Sequence record: PQ863253.1
Length of the DNA stretch: 64,000 bases
Source of the DNA: Escherichia phage Ptacy1496
Direction: 5' to 3' (one strand)
In this document: one piece after another, positions 1-10,370 of the stretch
How the letters are laid out: the number at the start of each line of letters is the position of its first letter
Numbering within the stretch: position 1 is the first letter of the stretch
The notes under the pieces: model-generated
Database searches by the model: none
What the model was told of the DNA's origin: nothing
Seen by the model: only the letters and a program-made list of their open reading frames with translations
Program-made: the position numbers and the translations under genes

Positions 1-2178
1 TTAGGCCGCAAGGGCCTTCATAGTTTTAGCGATTTGAGAAACTTCATCATCACTTAAAGAGTTGCGATATCCGATGAAGTCGGAAACAATACGGAATTTC
101 TTGGTAAACTCAGCAACCATTTTATCACTGTTTTTTGAAGCATTATTTGATAATACATCAAAAAGATTAGTTACTGTCCAGATGTCATGACCGATGGTAT
201 CTTTTCCACCATTAAAATATACACCGCGCAATGAACTAACTATATTAGCGAGTCGTGTATATTCTTCAGAAACTTCATCTGTACTGAAGTACTTCATCAT
301 AAAATCTAGTTCAGGATACTTGATAATTTTATCAATATATCGTTGAGCTGAACTTGAATAACCTACGTACTTATCATAATCTACATCATCAAAAGCATCT
401 ACATATAAATCACGCAGAGTTTCAAAAATACATTGGCACTGACCGAGTTCTTTTACCTTTTTCTGCAAAAGCGGACGAATAACATAAAACTCATTAATGC
501 CAATAAGATTAGCCATACGAATCAAAATATTCATAGATGGATGACAAAGAGATGTAGTACCATCCATAGAGAAAATATCAGAACGATGCATATACGCTAC
601 ATACCCAGTAATTTCATCTGCTTCTGATGTGAGCGTAAATAATTCCTCTTTTTCCCAGCGCCCGTCTTTAATTTCAAACTTAAATGCTGTAGCAGCTTTA
701 GGACGAGGAGCTTTACTTTTAACTACCTTTGGAATATAGCTTTTAACTAAAGCTTCAATTTCTGACAAATAATGAATGTTAACTTCATCACTTTCAAACA
801 TCGCCATAATATCAGGAAGCAAATCAATCTGCGATTCTACTTCTGGATTAATAAACAGAAGGCGTTCGTTGTGATGAATATTCAAAGTGTTATTAAATTC
901 ACTATCATCTAACGCATGTGCTAATCCACGGACAATATTAACACGATTTTTAATATTATCAATAACGATATTAATTTTTGTTGCATTAATACCAAACAGA
1001 CGATAACTTGATGCAACGGCTGAAGTTTCATGACTTTGCTTAATGCGCTTCAGTCGAGGGTCAAGATTTACTTCATACACAACTCCTGCATTGCATAACT
1101 TACTGTCAGGTTCAAACATGCTCTGCATCTTTTTATATGACAGATTTTTAGTCGTAAATTTGACTGAATTACTAATCATATAATCTCGAGCAGAATACCC
1201 CATCTTCATCAATTCACGATATGTATGACGGGGAGATGTGGATTCTTTAAATCGTTTTACATCTTCATTAAATGCTTTCTCACTGAGTTCTTTAACTCGT
1301 TCAATAATATTTTTACGAGTACGATCATCCAGTGAAAGAGCCTCGCGAGATGGAGCAATATCAAGTGAACCCATTGGAAACTTAATGTAATTCACTTCAT
1401 TGCGAATGCTTAGCCAGTTACGGTCTCTAATAACACCATCGATAGGATAAACAATACCGCCATAGATAGCATATAATCCACCACGATCAGGCCAGTATCT
1501 TTCTGGATTTACACCGTAATAGTCATCAAAATCCGGAAAATAATCAATTTCGCGGTCAAGACCATTAATGATAGCCAAATCTTTGAATGGTCGCATGATA
1601 TAAGAAACTTCATAAGCAAAGTTTCTAAAGTCTTTTTCTTCAACTGGAACTACGATTTCAATACCAGTTTTATCATCTGGACCCATTTCTTTTACGAATG
1701 TAGGTTTAATCTGTGGACCATCACCATCCATGTAAGCTACATAACCACGAATTTCACCTTTATGATACGAAGTAATACTAAATGTATCAGTATAACTAAA
1801 CGGAGATTTAGAACCTAAACCAAACCCGCCAATAAAGTCATTAGATTCAGCCTTAGATGAACTGAAGTATGAATTATATAACCCAGGAGAATTATCATCA
1901 CCCTGAATATCAAAATCACTCATACCCGGACCAAAATCTCGACAAACAAATCGCGGATCTAATCGTCCTGGAACTTGTATGATAAATTTTTCAGGATTTC
2001 CATTAAGTGCATGGGCATCAATCATATTAGTAATTAATTCACGGACTACTGCACGAATCTTGTTTGTATACAAATCAGATGACAGAATTTTAAATACTTT
2101 AGGAGATGCTGTGATGCTAAATGCTTTTGATTTAGAACCATTGCCAAGAATTGTTTCTTTTTCAGTGGTGATAATCAT
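1..2178 (-). CDS. rIIA: rIIA protein (membrane-associated, GHKL-type ATPase-like N-terminus)
   Basis: 725 aa ORF; N-terminus matches recalled T4 rIIA; same length as T4 rIIA. Confidence 0.9.
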   Translation of the reverse strand: MIITTEKETILGNGSKSKAFSITASPKVFKILSSDLYTNKIRAVVRELITNMIDAHALNGNPEKFIIQVPGRLDPRFVCRDFGPGMSDFDIQGDDNSPGLYNSYFSSSKAESNDFIGGFGLGSKSPFSYTDTFSITSYHKGEIRGYVAYMDGDGPQIKPTFVKEMGPDDKTGIEIVVPVEEKDFRNFAYEVSYIMRPFKDLAIINGLDREIDYFPDFDDYYGVNPERYWPDRGGLYAIYGGIVYPIDGVIRDRNWLSIRNEVNYIKFPMGSLDIAPSREALSLDDRTRKNIIERVKELSEKAFNEDVKRFKESTSPRHTYRELMKMGYSARDYMISNSVKFTTKNLSYKKMQSMFEPDSKLCNAGVVYEVNLDPRLKRIKQSHETSAVASSYRLFGINATKINIVIDNIKNRVNIVRGLAHALDDSEFNNTLNIHHNERLLFINPEVESQIDLLPDIMAMFESDEVNIHYLSEIEALVKSYIPKVVKSKAPRPKAATAFKFEIKDGRWEKEELFTLTSEADEITGYVAYMHRSDIFSMDGTTSLCHPSMNILIRMANLIGINEFYVIRPLLQKKVKELGQCQCIFETLRDLYVDAFDDVDYDKYVGYSSSAQRYIDKIIKYPELDFMMKYFSTDEVSEEYTRLANIVSSLRGVYFNGGKDTIGHDIWTVTNLFDVLSNNASKNSDKMVAEFTKKFRIVSDFIGYRNSLSDDEVSQIAKTMKALAA

Positions 2179-2188
2179 AATTTCCTCA

Positions 2189-2392
2189 TTAATTCATATT
2201 ACGCTTAATAACTTCAGCAACTTCTAGTAATTCATCTTTAGTTGCAGTGTCGGATTGAATTTTATCTCTAATATCTTTAAAGCGGTTTTTAAATTCTTCG
2301 GCTTCTCCCATATCGAAAAAGCGTTGAATGATTCTATATTCTCGATGAACTGCTTTATCAAAAAGTTCTAAATTTACTTTATATGATTTCAT
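2189..2392 (-). CDS. hypothetical protein (rIIA.1 position)
   Basis: 67 aa ORF directly upstream of rIIA, downstream of early promoter. Confidence 0.55.
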   Translation of the reverse strand: MKSYKVNLELFDKAVHREYRIIQRFFDMGEAEEFKNRFKDIRDKIQSDTATKDELLEVAEVIKRNMN

Positions 2393-2417
2393 TTCAATAT
2401 CCTCATTTGCCCAATTA

Positions 2418-2447
2418 ATTATACCACATCCTTGTGGTAAAGTAAAC
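2418..2447 (-). promoter_or_regulatory. phage early promoter (GTTTAC -35, 18-nt spacer, TATAAT -10)
   Basis: plus strand reads ATTATA-18nt-GTAAAC; upstream of rIIA.1/rIIA. Confidence 0.7.
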
Positions 2448-4264
2448 TACTGGCTCATCCATTCTTTACGAAGGTCAGCATTATCTCCCATGAGCATTTC
2501 AAAAAGCTCTTTCCAGTTCTCAGGAAGTTTAACAACATCATATACTGGATTTTGAATCATCTCACGATATTCAGATTTTTCCAAAGAGCCAAGTCCTTTA
2601 ATATAACGGATGCTATGTTTAGGTAGAGCATCTTTAGCACTCTCATATTCAGCGACTGTATAAAACCATTCTTGTTTTTTACCAATCTGTGCGATGATTA
2701 CAGGAGTTTTGACAAAGCGAATTCGTCCTTGCTCAAACAGTTCTGGCCAATTACTAAAAAATCCAAGCAGAGAAGGATAAATGCTTCCTAGACCATCATG
2801 GTCAGCATCAGTCATAATAGCAATATTATGATAATTCAAGTTTTCAGCTTTTTCACCGAGAACTAATCCAGTGATTGCGCAAATATCAAACAGTTCTTTG
2901 TTTTTAAGCATGTCAGCATATGACATACCCCAACTGTTGAGAACTTTACCACGTAATGGATAACCACCGTGAAGTTCTTTATCACGAACATCAATAAGAT
3001 ATCCGATAGCCGAATCACCCTCAGTCAAGAAAAGAGTAGTATCAGCATCTTTACCACAAAGATTCGCTTTAATATGTTTATGAACCTTAGCTTTAGAAGC
3101 CTTTTTAGCTGCTTTAGTTTCTGCTGCTTTTTCTGCCGCTAATTTACGAGCCAAAGCAGCTTCAATAATCGGCATTAGAATTGCTTCATTATTTAGAATA
3201 GCACGTGAAATCTTTTTAGCATCAAGTTGAATATGACTACGGATTTCACCAAATGGAGAAGTCAAACGCTCTTTAGTTTGAGAATCAAATCGCATGTTTT
3301 TCATATCACGGACAAACATAACGATAGTCAAACATTCTTTAACGCGTGCTTTAGTCACATCAATTTTGAACTTACGTTTGATTTGTGGAATAAGGTCTTC
3401 ACAAATATCATCCATAACACAGTCAATGTGATGGCCACCATTCTTAGTGTGAATGTTATTCACATAAGTTAATTGACGAAAACCATCCGGTGAACGACCA
3501 ACCGCAATAGAGCAATTTTCTTGTTCTTGAACGATAGCATGCTCATCATATTGGCGTGCATATTTCTTAAAATTGCCCTGAACCTTTTTACCATTAAAGG
3601 TAAATTGAATATCAGGATAAACTACTGCAAGTGTCTGGAGACGATCTAGTGTAATGTCAAGATAAACTTGGGACAGCTCATTAGTTTCAAATGACATAAA
3701 ATCAGGAATGAAAGTAACGCGAGTTCCTTTCCATTTTCCTGGAATAGTTTCCCATGATTTATTTTCCATGCCATTTGAACAACGAACTACAATATTATTT
3801 TGACCATCACCAGTTTCACCGACAAACATCACAGAAAAAATGTTTGTCAAACTAGAACCAACACCATTCATACCACCGGTGACGCGTTCTTTATCATCAC
3901 CGAAGTTACCACCTGCTTTTGGAATAGTCCAGGCAGCAACAGGACCAGGAATTTCTTCACCAGTAGGTGTTTTGACCATCGCTTGTGGAATACCGCGACC
4001 GTTATCTTCAACTGTTACTTGATTGTTTTTAATAGTAATATTAATTTTATTTGCGAATTTAAACTTAGTACGAATACCTTCATCTACTGAGTTATCGATA
4101 ATTTCATCAATAAGCTTAACAAGACCAGGTACATACTGAACACTTTCCCATTTACCAAACAGAAAGCGCTCATGCATTTCATTAGCAGAAGAGCCAATAT
4201 ACATGCCGCTACGCTTTTTGATATGTTCAATATCGCTCAGAATTTTAATTTCATTCTTAATCAT
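2447..4264 (-). CDS. 39: DNA topoisomerase II large subunit, contiguous (gp39 plus gp60-equivalent C-terminus)
   Basis: 605 aa from ATG; GHKL ATPase and Toprim motifs; C-terminus matches recalled T4 gp60 sequence without interruption. Confidence 0.9.
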   Translation of the reverse strand: MIKNEIKILSDIEHIKKRSGMYIGSSANEMHERFLFGKWESVQYVPGLVKLIDEIIDNSVDEGIRTKFKFANKINITIKNNQVTVEDNGRGIPQAMVKTPTGEEIPGPVAAWTIPKAGGNFGDDKERVTGGMNGVGSSLTNIFSVMFVGETGDGQNNIVVRCSNGMENKSWETIPGKWKGTRVTFIPDFMSFETNELSQVYLDITLDRLQTLAVVYPDIQFTFNGKKVQGNFKKYARQYDEHAIVQEQENCSIAVGRSPDGFRQLTYVNNIHTKNGGHHIDCVMDDICEDLIPQIKRKFKIDVTKARVKECLTIVMFVRDMKNMRFDSQTKERLTSPFGEIRSHIQLDAKKISRAILNNEAILMPIIEAALARKLAAEKAAETKAAKKASKAKVHKHIKANLCGKDADTTLFLTEGDSAIGYLIDVRDKELHGGYPLRGKVLNSWGMSYADMLKNKELFDICAITGLVLGEKAENLNYHNIAIMTDADHDGLGSIYPSLLGFFSNWPELFEQGRIRFVKTPVIIAQIGKKQEWFYTVAEYESAKDALPKHSIRYIKGLGSLEKSEYREMIQNPVYDVVKLPENWKELFEMLMGDNADLRKEWMSQ

Positions 4265-4291
4265 CACTTATCCTCGTTTGGTTTCGGGAAT

Positions 4292-4318
4292 ATTATACTC
4301 CGGTAATCATAAAGCTAA
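4292..4318 (-). promoter_or_regulatory. candidate middle promoter (MotA-box-like TAGCTTTA, 12 nt, TATAAT)
   Basis: minus strand tTAGCTTTA then 12 nt then TATAAT, about 30 nt upstream of gene 39 start. Confidence 0.4.
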
Positions 4319-4334
4319 AGGCCCGAAGGCCTTT
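4317..4334 (-). terminator. stem-loop AAAGGCC-cgaa-GGCCTTT, intrinsic-terminator-like
   Basis: perfect palindrome with flanking A/T runs between 39.1-position ORF and gene 39. Confidence 0.45.
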
Positions 4335-4603
4335 TATTTAAAACGAATAGTCGAATCCTTGAAGAATAGTCCAGAACATACTGTTCCTTCTACTTTCTGC
4401 CCAGTAGGTCCAATAGCACGAAATCCAGTATGCTGGAAATCATTTTCAGAGCAACCGAACCAATTATATCCAGTGATTTCAATATTAGTAAAACCACTTG
4501 AAGACAAAACTTTGGTTGCATTATCAGCATCAGTACATCCTATTAAAGACACTGCTAATACTAATGCTGCGATAGAACGATTAATATATTTCATAATTTT
4601 CAC
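4334..4603 (-). CDS. putative lipoprotein
   Basis: 89 aa; N-terminal signal peptide ending in lipobox LIGC. Confidence 0.55.
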   Translation of the reverse strand: MKIMKYINRSIAALVLAVSLIGCTDADNATKVLSSSGFTNIEITGYNWFGCSENDFQHTGFRAIGPTGQKVEGTVCSGLFFKDSTIRFK

Positions 4604-4971
4604 TTAAATTTAATGGCTTGAAGAAGACTAATAATTCTCAAGCGACTTCCTTCATCTTTAACTGTAAAAGAAAGAGGGTCACCAGATTTCATAGTGATAG
4701 TGCATTCAAAAGCAAAACCTTCGGGAACTTCTTCGAAGAAGTCAAATTCTTCATCATAAATTAGAACATTACTCTGAAAACTGTGAAGAATTTTTCCGTC
4801 ATTTCCAGATGCTGTACTAATCATTGTAACATTATTACCTTTCATATCTTCAACGATAAATTCGCTTGTAGATATTACAGCATTAATAGAACCATTCCTA
4901 TAAATAGCAGAAAATAGATATTTCTTTTCTTCACCTTCGCGAATGCGATATTTCTTACCGATTTTAAACAT
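4600..4971 (-). CDS. hypothetical protein
   Basis: 123 aa ORF, tightly packed in minus-strand gene train. Confidence 0.5.
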   Translation of the reverse strand: MFKIGKKYRIREGEEKKYLFSAIYRNGSINAVISTSEFIVEDMKGNNVTMISTASGNDGKILHSFQSNVLIYDEEFDFFEEVPEGFAFECTITMKSGDPLSFTVKDEGSRLRIISLLQAIKFK

Positions 4972-4973
4972 AA

Positions 4974-5150
4974 TTACCCTTTAAGTAAGTCGTAAAATCC
5001 GCCATTCACATGCTTAGGGGCAGAGACTAACCGAATAGCAATCCGATGACAATCAGGACATACATCAGTATCTCTTTCAGAAATTTTCTTGATTTTTTCG
5101 TATTCTTTTGCGCAGTCTTTTGATTGACATTTATAATCATAAAGCGGCAT
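4974..5150 (-). CDS. FmdB-like zinc-ribbon protein (58 aa, not in ORF track)
   Basis: hand translation MPLYDYKCQSKDCAKEYEKIKKISERDTDVCPDCHR...; two Cys pairs; fills gap between flanking ORFs. Confidence 0.45.
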   Translation of the reverse strand: MPLYDYKCQSKDCAKEYEKIKKISERDTDVCPDCHRIAIRLVSAPKHVNGGFYDLLKG

Positions 5151-5152
5151 AA

Positions 5153-5566
5153 TTATTCCTTAAAGTGAGCTTTCAACATCTGATACAAGGACCATGCCTG
5201 TTCATCATTTTCAATAGTAACTTTCATTACAGGGAATTTAGATTGATCAGTTATCGGTGCAGATTCTTCCTGCTCTTCAGCTGCCTGGTATGGATTTTCA
5301 ACTTCATTAAAGAATTCAGCTTCATTCGATGAAAGCCAAATAAAATCTTCATCCAAAATATCTTTACCAGAAGATAGTACTAAATTTCCAGCAAATGACA
5401 TAATTTTAATAGGACGCCCAAGAGCATCCACATCTAAAATTTTAAAAGGATGCATACCTAAACGGCGTGCATAGATTCCGTTATCAGTATGGTCTTTAAT
5501 AAAATTTTCTTGAGCTTGTTTATTTTTAAACTGATACCATTTATTAACTTCAAATTTAATAGCCAT
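5153..5566 (-). CDS. hypothetical protein (goF position)
   Basis: 137 aa ORF; position relative to gene 39 resembles T4 goF; sequence identity not verified. Confidence 0.45.
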   Translation of the reverse strand: MAIKFEVNKWYQFKNKQAQENFIKDHTDNGIYARRLGMHPFKILDVDALGRPIKIMSFAGNLVLSSGKDILDEDFIWLSSNEAEFFNEVENPYQAAEEQEESAPITDQSKFPVMKVTIENDEQAWSLYQMLKAHFKE

Positions 5567-5781
5567 TAATAAATTTCCTTCCAGTAAGTTGTACCATCTT
5601 CAGTGATTTCACGAAATACACCGTAAATTGGTTGTTTATCCCCAACCTTTTCATACACATAAACCGAAGTCAAGTGAGTAAACTTAGCAGTGTGTTCCTT
5701 TTGAACTACTACCAAATCTGGATCGAATAACACATCTTCAAATTCGTCATTAGTGCAGTTCTGAACAATTTTACGTTTCAT
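5566..5781 (-). CDS. hypothetical protein (cef position, 71 aa)
   Basis: 71 aa ORF, same length as T4 cef; identity not verified. Confidence 0.4.
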   Translation of the reverse strand: MKRKIVQNCTNDEFEDVLFDPDLVVVQKEHTAKFTHLTSVYVYEKVGDKQPIYGVFREITEDGTTYWKEIY

Positions 5782-5880
5782 TACAATTTCCTCGTTAATT
5801 GAACATTGGAGCGATGCGTTTCAGAAGAGTAGCAGCACCTTTGGCAAATTTTCCATTTTATTCTCCAAATTATTTTCTAT

Positions 5881-5923
5881 ATCAGTAGTTGATATTGATA
5901 TAGTACCATAATCAACTACTGAT
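5881..5923. repeat. 13-bp perfect inverted repeat ATCAGTAGTTGAT with 17-nt loop
   Basis: ATCAGTAGTTGAT...ATCAACTACTGAT in the 172-bp intergenic region between cef-position ORF and motB-like ORF. Confidence 0.8.
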
Positions 5924-5953
5924 GTATATAGTTTTATGAAAAAATTTTAAACT

Positions 5954-6445
5954 TTATGCATAGCGAGCTTTGCTGTAGTGTTTAATCCAACTTTCAGGAA
6001 TGACTTTGTATGTTCCTAAAAATACCGCGTTGTATAACTTAACGCCATCTTCTACCCATTGATCAGTAATGTATGCACACATAGCGCGAGTACGCTGAGG
6101 AAGTGGTTGTCCACCTTCGGTAAATTCAAACTCATAAGGAGCAATGAACTTGATAGCTTGACCAAGTTTCCACTTAAAGTCTACACCTACATGCGAAGTA
6201 TCAATCGTTTCAATTCCTTTAGCAGGAACAGCTTTCAAAAACGCAGGATCAAGAAATTTCCATCGAACATAACCAAACTGGGGCTTAGACATTCCATCTT
6301 TAGCAATGATACGTACTTTTACTTCAGAATCTTCATCTTTAACACCGTGTTTAAGCTGAATGCTTACAACTTCGACCAATTTTCCTGCTGCTTTAGAACG
6401 GGATTTATCAGATACACGAGCAATTTCACCGATAATAATATTCAT
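5954..6445 (-). CDS. MotB-like protein (motB position)
   Basis: 163 aa ORF; T4 MotB is 162 aa at equivalent position; shares C-terminal domain with next ORF. Confidence 0.5.
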   Translation of the reverse strand: MNIIIGEIARVSDKSRSKAAGKLVEVVSIQLKHGVKDEDSEVKVRIIAKDGMSKPQFGYVRWKFLDPAFLKAVPAKGIETIDTSHVGVDFKWKLGQAIKFIAPYEFEFTEGGQPLPQRTRAMCAYITDQWVEDGVKLYNAVFLGTYKVIPESWIKHYSKARYA

Positions 6446-6518
6446 AATTATCTCTCACTTGTTAAAAAGATTTTATACTCCACAGGACCATTATACTCTG
6501 GTCCCAAGAGTTTGTAAA

Positions 6519-7067
6519 CTAGCTTAAACGAACATTAATCACTGCGCTACGAGGAACTACAGAGTATTCTCCAGCATGAACTACGTTCAGAAGTTCAACG
6601 CCATCTTCAATCCACTGGTCTGTTACCCAACCACAGATAGGATTATCAAAAGGACGACGGATAGACACAGCAGCACACAACAGGTCTGTAGGGTCTTGTT
6701 CTTCAACTTCTTGGAACAGGATGAACTCATCTTCATAAACCAGGTTTTTCTTTATTTTGTTATTATCTAACCGGCGACCGTGGATGACGTAAGATTTGTC
6801 AAACCACTCACTTTTGGCAAATTCTTCAACAATAAATTCGCCTTCGCCAAAAACATCAGTCAGAGTTTTATGACCAGAAATCAAGGCATTAGTTTTAATT
6901 TTAGGTTCAACCAGTTTGTAGGTTTTGCCGATTTCAATAGCGGTAGTCATAATAGGTTCCTTAATTTCCAGTGGTTTAACAGGGCATACATAAGTGCTTA
7001 CAACATCAAAATCAATCAGTTTAGCTACCGGATTTGGTATGTATTCAGGATTATAATTAAATTTCAT
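6519..7067 (-). CDS. hypothetical protein, paralogue of preceding ORF (shared C-terminal domain)
   Basis: 182 aa; C-terminal TDQWxEDGVxLxNxV...G.Y.V.P motif shared with 5954..6445. Confidence 0.5.
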   Translation of the reverse strand: MKFNYNPEYIPNPVAKLIDFDVVSTYVCPVKPLEIKEPIMTTAIEIGKTYKLVEPKIKTNALISGHKTLTDVFGEGEFIVEEFAKSEWFDKSYVIHGRRLDNNKIKKNLVYEDEFILFQEVEEQDPTDLLCAAVSIRRPFDNPICGWVTDQWIEDGVELLNVVHAGEYSVVPRSAVINVRLS

Positions 7068-7069
7068 AA

Positions 7070-7570
7070 TTATCTCATTTCAATAAAATCTACGAGTTCA
7101 GCATGCGATTTGCGGAACATTACTTGGTGCCCACCAATGATAACTTCATCTTCAGGAACTTCGTATACAGCGAGATAAAATCCTTTAGAAGATAATTCTT
7201 CCCGCTCTTCTCGTGTGAACCATCTCATCATATCATATTCACTAGCGAAAGCAAAATGATAAAGACCTATAAACCATCCTGGAATATGATATTCTACTCC
7301 AACATAATCTTTCTTGAACTTAGTATTAATTACTATATTAGCGTTTTTAACTAATAGTTTATCTTCGTGTGGTAAAGGAATTCTTTTATTATTATCGCTA
7401 TGATGCATAAAATTAGGTCTGTCATAACCTACGTGTAATAGCCACTCTTCGCTCCATGAATCTATTATACTCCTGTACGGCGTTATTTGAACACAAAGAT
7501 TTCGACGTATTGTTATAGCATCTTCATAATCAAGAATACTAAACGATGATTCAACACGATAAATTTTCAT
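7070..7570 (-). CDS. hypothetical protein
   Basis: ORF track 7070..7609; start moved to ATG with GAGGA Shine-Dalgarno downstream of early promoter. Confidence 0.45.
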   Translation of the reverse strand: MKIYRVESSFSILDYEDAITIRRNLCVQITPYRSIIDSWSEEWLLHVGYDRPNFMHHSDNNKRIPLPHEDKLLVKNANIVINTKFKKDYVGVEYHIPGWFIGLYHFAFASEYDMMRWFTREEREELSSKGFYLAVYEVPEDEVIIGGHQVMFRKSHAELVDFIEMR

Positions 7571-7597
7571 TTTATTATCCTCAGTAGCTATGGTGTT

Positions 7598-7627
7598 ATA
7601 ATACCACAACTAACCGAGGAAGTAAAC
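7598..7627 (-). promoter_or_regulatory. phage early promoter
   Basis: plus strand ATAATA-18nt-GTAAAC between dexA and downstream ORF. Confidence 0.6.
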
Positions 7628-7633
7628 AACTTT

Positions 7634-8317
7634 TTATCGTTTTGTTGGAAGAGATAGAGGATCGCAATCTTCCTCTGACGGAGCATCTTCAAGACCCATA
7701 GCATATCGCAAAGCATACTTCATCATCAGAATATCTTTCGCACAGTCATGAATAGAATCATGCGCAACGAATCCATCTAAAGTTCCTTTTGGAAGAGGAC
7801 ACGTGGTCATATCACGAACAAGCAGAAGTGCTTCAATTCTGGTACGAATATCACGCTGATTCCAGAATTTACATGGTTCTAACTTAAATGTGTCAAGCTC
7901 ATTCTCAGAAACACCATTAAGACGTTGAATATCACGAATGAGATCGACTAAAATTGGAAAATCAAACGACATTCCACGGCACCAGCCTTGAGATTTCCAA
8001 GGATCGATATTATGTGCATTGATGTAATCATTAAATTTTGCAATACCATCGATGGTGCTTACATCTTCATCTGATGGTGCAATATTTTTTCGAGCTTCAG
8101 GAGACTGATTTTTCCACCATTCGATAGTGCTTTTAGTAAAAAGACGATGTCCTTTTTGGCTTTTTAAATCAAATTTGATTTTAATGCCGCGTGAAACTAA
8201 TTCATCAAATGTTTCAACTACTTCTGGGTTAGGGTCAAAAGCAATTACAGCTAAATCAATAACAGCTGCTTTTTCACCACTTCCCATTGTTTCAAAATCT
8301 ATAATAAAATCAAACAT
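7634..8317 (-). CDS. dexA: exonuclease A (DnaQ-like 3'-5' exonuclease)
   Basis: 227 aa as in T4 DexA; N-terminal IDFETMG Exo I motif. Confidence 0.85.
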   Translation of the reverse strand: MFDFIIDFETMGSGEKAAVIDLAVIAFDPNPEVVETFDELVSRGIKIKFDLKSQKGHRLFTKSTIEWWKNQSPEARKNIAPSDEDVSTIDGIAKFNDYINAHNIDPWKSQGWCRGMSFDFPILVDLIRDIQRLNGVSENELDTFKLEPCKFWNQRDIRTRIEALLLVRDMTTCPLPKGTLDGFVAHDSIHDCAKDILMMKYALRYAMGLEDAPSEEDCDPLSLPTKR

Positions 8318-8592
8318 TAAATTTTCCTTGCTAAATCGCGAATTTGACCTACAGTATAGTCTTGAATATAAACTTTATTAATAGGTTCATCAATAAATTT
8401 TGCCATAGATTCAATATCTTTTTGCATCTCTTCAAGACTGTATATTATCTTTAAAGCTTTTTCGCGAATAGTAATATTTTCAGGACCAGAATTTTTCTCA
8501 ATGACAGCTTTAACATTTGTCATAAGAGATTTAAACTGACACCAACTTAATTCAATCATTAATAACCGCCTTATAAAGATGGCTAATTTCAC
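8317..8592 (-). CDS. hypothetical protein
   Basis: 91 aa ORF in minus-strand gene train. Confidence 0.4.
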   Translation of the reverse strand: MKLAIFIRRLLMIELSWCQFKSLMTNVKAVIEKNSGPENITIREKALKIIYSLEEMQKDIESMAKFIDEPINKVYIQDYTVGQIRDLARKI

Positions 8593-8812
8593 CTAAAATG
8601 TAATCACTGATTGTAACAGTTTTTACTTCACCACAAAAGAATTCTAACGCAATCAAATCTCGTTCAATTTCTTCCAATTGAAGCATTAACTTGCCTGATT
8701 CAATTTTCACGTTTTTGCGATTTTTACTATAAGCTATTTCATAAATTTCGCTAACTTTATCCTGAAGAAGATAAAACTGATCTTTAGTTATTTCCACGAA
8801 TAGCTTCCTCAA
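8552..8812 (-). CDS. hypothetical protein
   Basis: 86 aa ORF. Confidence 0.4.
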   Translation of the reverse strand: MRKLFVEITKDQFYLLQDKVSEIYEIAYSKNRKNVKIESGKLMLQLEEIERDLIALEFFCGEVKTVTISDYILGEISHLYKAVIND

Positions 8813-9044
8813 ATTTAATTAGTAATTTACAGACACTTTCATCTAGTGTAATTACCGTATCTGTATTACTGTGATATGATTGTTTTTCAATTCGTTTAAT
8901 TGCTAATATAGTATCACTTATAAGATAAAGCTTATGAAGGAGCTCAGCTCCTGTTACCATAACATTAAGATTATCTTGCTTATTAGTATGCTTCCTTATA
9001 CCATCTATTAGACGATTTAAATATTTTGAATTGATGTTAATCAT
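8784..9044 (-). CDS. hypothetical protein
   Basis: 86 aa ORF immediately downstream of dda. Confidence 0.4.
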   Translation of the reverse strand: MININSKYLNRLIDGIRKHTNKQDNLNVMVTGAELLHKLYLISDTILAIKRIEKQSYHSNTDTVITLDESVCKLLIKFEEAIRGNN

Positions 9045-9050
9045 ATAGCC

Positions 9051-10370
9051 TCACACATAAAACACATCATAACGACCACGGGTAACACCAACATAAAGAA
9101 GTTGTTGGGCCAATTCAGCATCTGCATAATGAATACAAGGCGTATAAATGAAAGCACGGTCTACAGACATACCCTGAGCTTTATGGAATGTTGATGCAGG
9201 AAGTGCTTTCACTTTACTAAACTGTGATTTAGCATCCCAAAAATCACTCCATGGAGCTTTTCCGCCTTTGTTCCAATTTTTATAAGTTTCTGCCGTTTTA
9301 CCTAAAAATAGGTTAAACTTATATAACTCTTCATCAGATGAAATTATTTTAATCTTTTCACGATAATATTCATCATCGCCGTAAGTTTCTACTGTTAAAT
9401 CCCAATGACGAATTAAGTATTCTCCAGGAACACCACGAGCTTTAACAAACGTCGATGTATACTCTGCTTCTATAATACGAACTAATTGTCCGTTATTAAA
9501 AATAATTTCTGACACAGGCTTTCCATCAATTTTATATGTTTTAATTAATGGTTCCTGCATTACAATAATTTCACCGACAATAAAATCTTTATCAGTTTCA
9601 AAAATCTTTTTACGAATAATGCTATTTAACTTGTCAACAGATTTATTCGTAAATGCCATTACGCGATTTTCAAACAAATCATCTAGTGATTTTACGATTG
9701 AAAAATAATTTACCATAAAATCGCGTAAAGCGGTATCACCAGTAAATCCACGTACTCCATGCCCGTCAACAATTTTATCATAAATCCACTTACCGTTACG
9801 AACGTCAGTAGCTACATCAATAATAGGAGCATTACTGCGTTTAACTTCAGTGAGTTCACACTGATAAAAATCTTTGTGTGTAAAGAATGGACTGATATAA
9901 GCAGTGTTTTCTCCTGGGTCAACAGGTCTAATCTGCTTATTATCACCTATTCCAATTATAGTACACCACGGCGGGATAGTTGAAAGCAAAATTTTGAAGA
10001 GCTTTCTATCATACATTGACACTTCGTCGCAGATTAATACCCTGCATTTAGCTAAATCTGGTACTTCTTTTTGTTCAAAAAGAACGTTTTCTTCATACGT
10101 AACTGGGTTAATTTTAAGAATACTATGAATAGTACTCGCTTCTTTCCCTGACAGTTTTGAAAGAATCTTTTTAGCCGCATGCGTAGGAGCTGCTAAAATA
10201 ATACCAGTTTCACCCGTAGATATTAAAGCTTCAATGATGAACTTAGTAAGAGTAGTCTTACCAGTACCGGCAGGTCCATTAATAGTTACATGGTGTTTCT
10301 TTTCTTTAATAGCCTTCATAACAATGTTAAAGGCATTTTTCTGGCCTTCGGTCAAATCATCAAATGTCAT
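9051..10370 (-). CDS. dda: Dda DNA helicase (SF1B)
   Basis: 439 aa as in T4 Dda; Walker A GPAGTGKT; N-terminus matches recalled Dda. Confidence 0.93.
   Translation of the reverse strand: MTFDDLTEGQKNAFNIVMKAIKEKKHHVTINGPAGTGKTTLTKFIIEALISTGETGIILAAPTHAAKKILSKLSGKEASTIHSILKINPVTYEENVLFEQKEVPDLAKCRVLICDEVSMYDRKLFKILLSTIPPWCTIIGIGDNKQIRPVDPGENTAYISPFFTHKDFYQCELTEVKRSNAPIIDVATDVRNGKWIYDKIVDGHGVRGFTGDTALRDFMVNYFSIVKSLDDLFENRVMAFTNKSVDKLNSIIRKKIFETDKDFIVGEIIVMQEPLIKTYKIDGKPVSEIIFNNGQLVRIIEAEYTSTFVKARGVPGEYLIRHWDLTVETYGDDEYYREKIKIISSDEELYKFNLFLGKTAETYKNWNKGGKAPWSDFWDAKSQFSKVKALPASTFHKAQGMSVDRAFIYTPCIHYADAELAQQLLYVGVTRGRYDVFYV

Noticed and set aside
2392-2447. Gene 60 translational bypass element or mobA insertion downstream of gene 39
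   Set aside because: Gene 39 reads continuously into the gp60-equivalent C-terminus and only 55 bp (an early promoter) separate it from rIIA.1.
3227-4607. Plus-strand ORFs inside gene 39 (3227..3472, 3800..4090, 3840..4022, 4203..4607), and similar plus-strand ORFs throughout the window
   Set aside because: They lie antisense within well-supported minus-strand genes, lack ribosome binding sites and have low-complexity composition; typical of AT-rich antisense frames.
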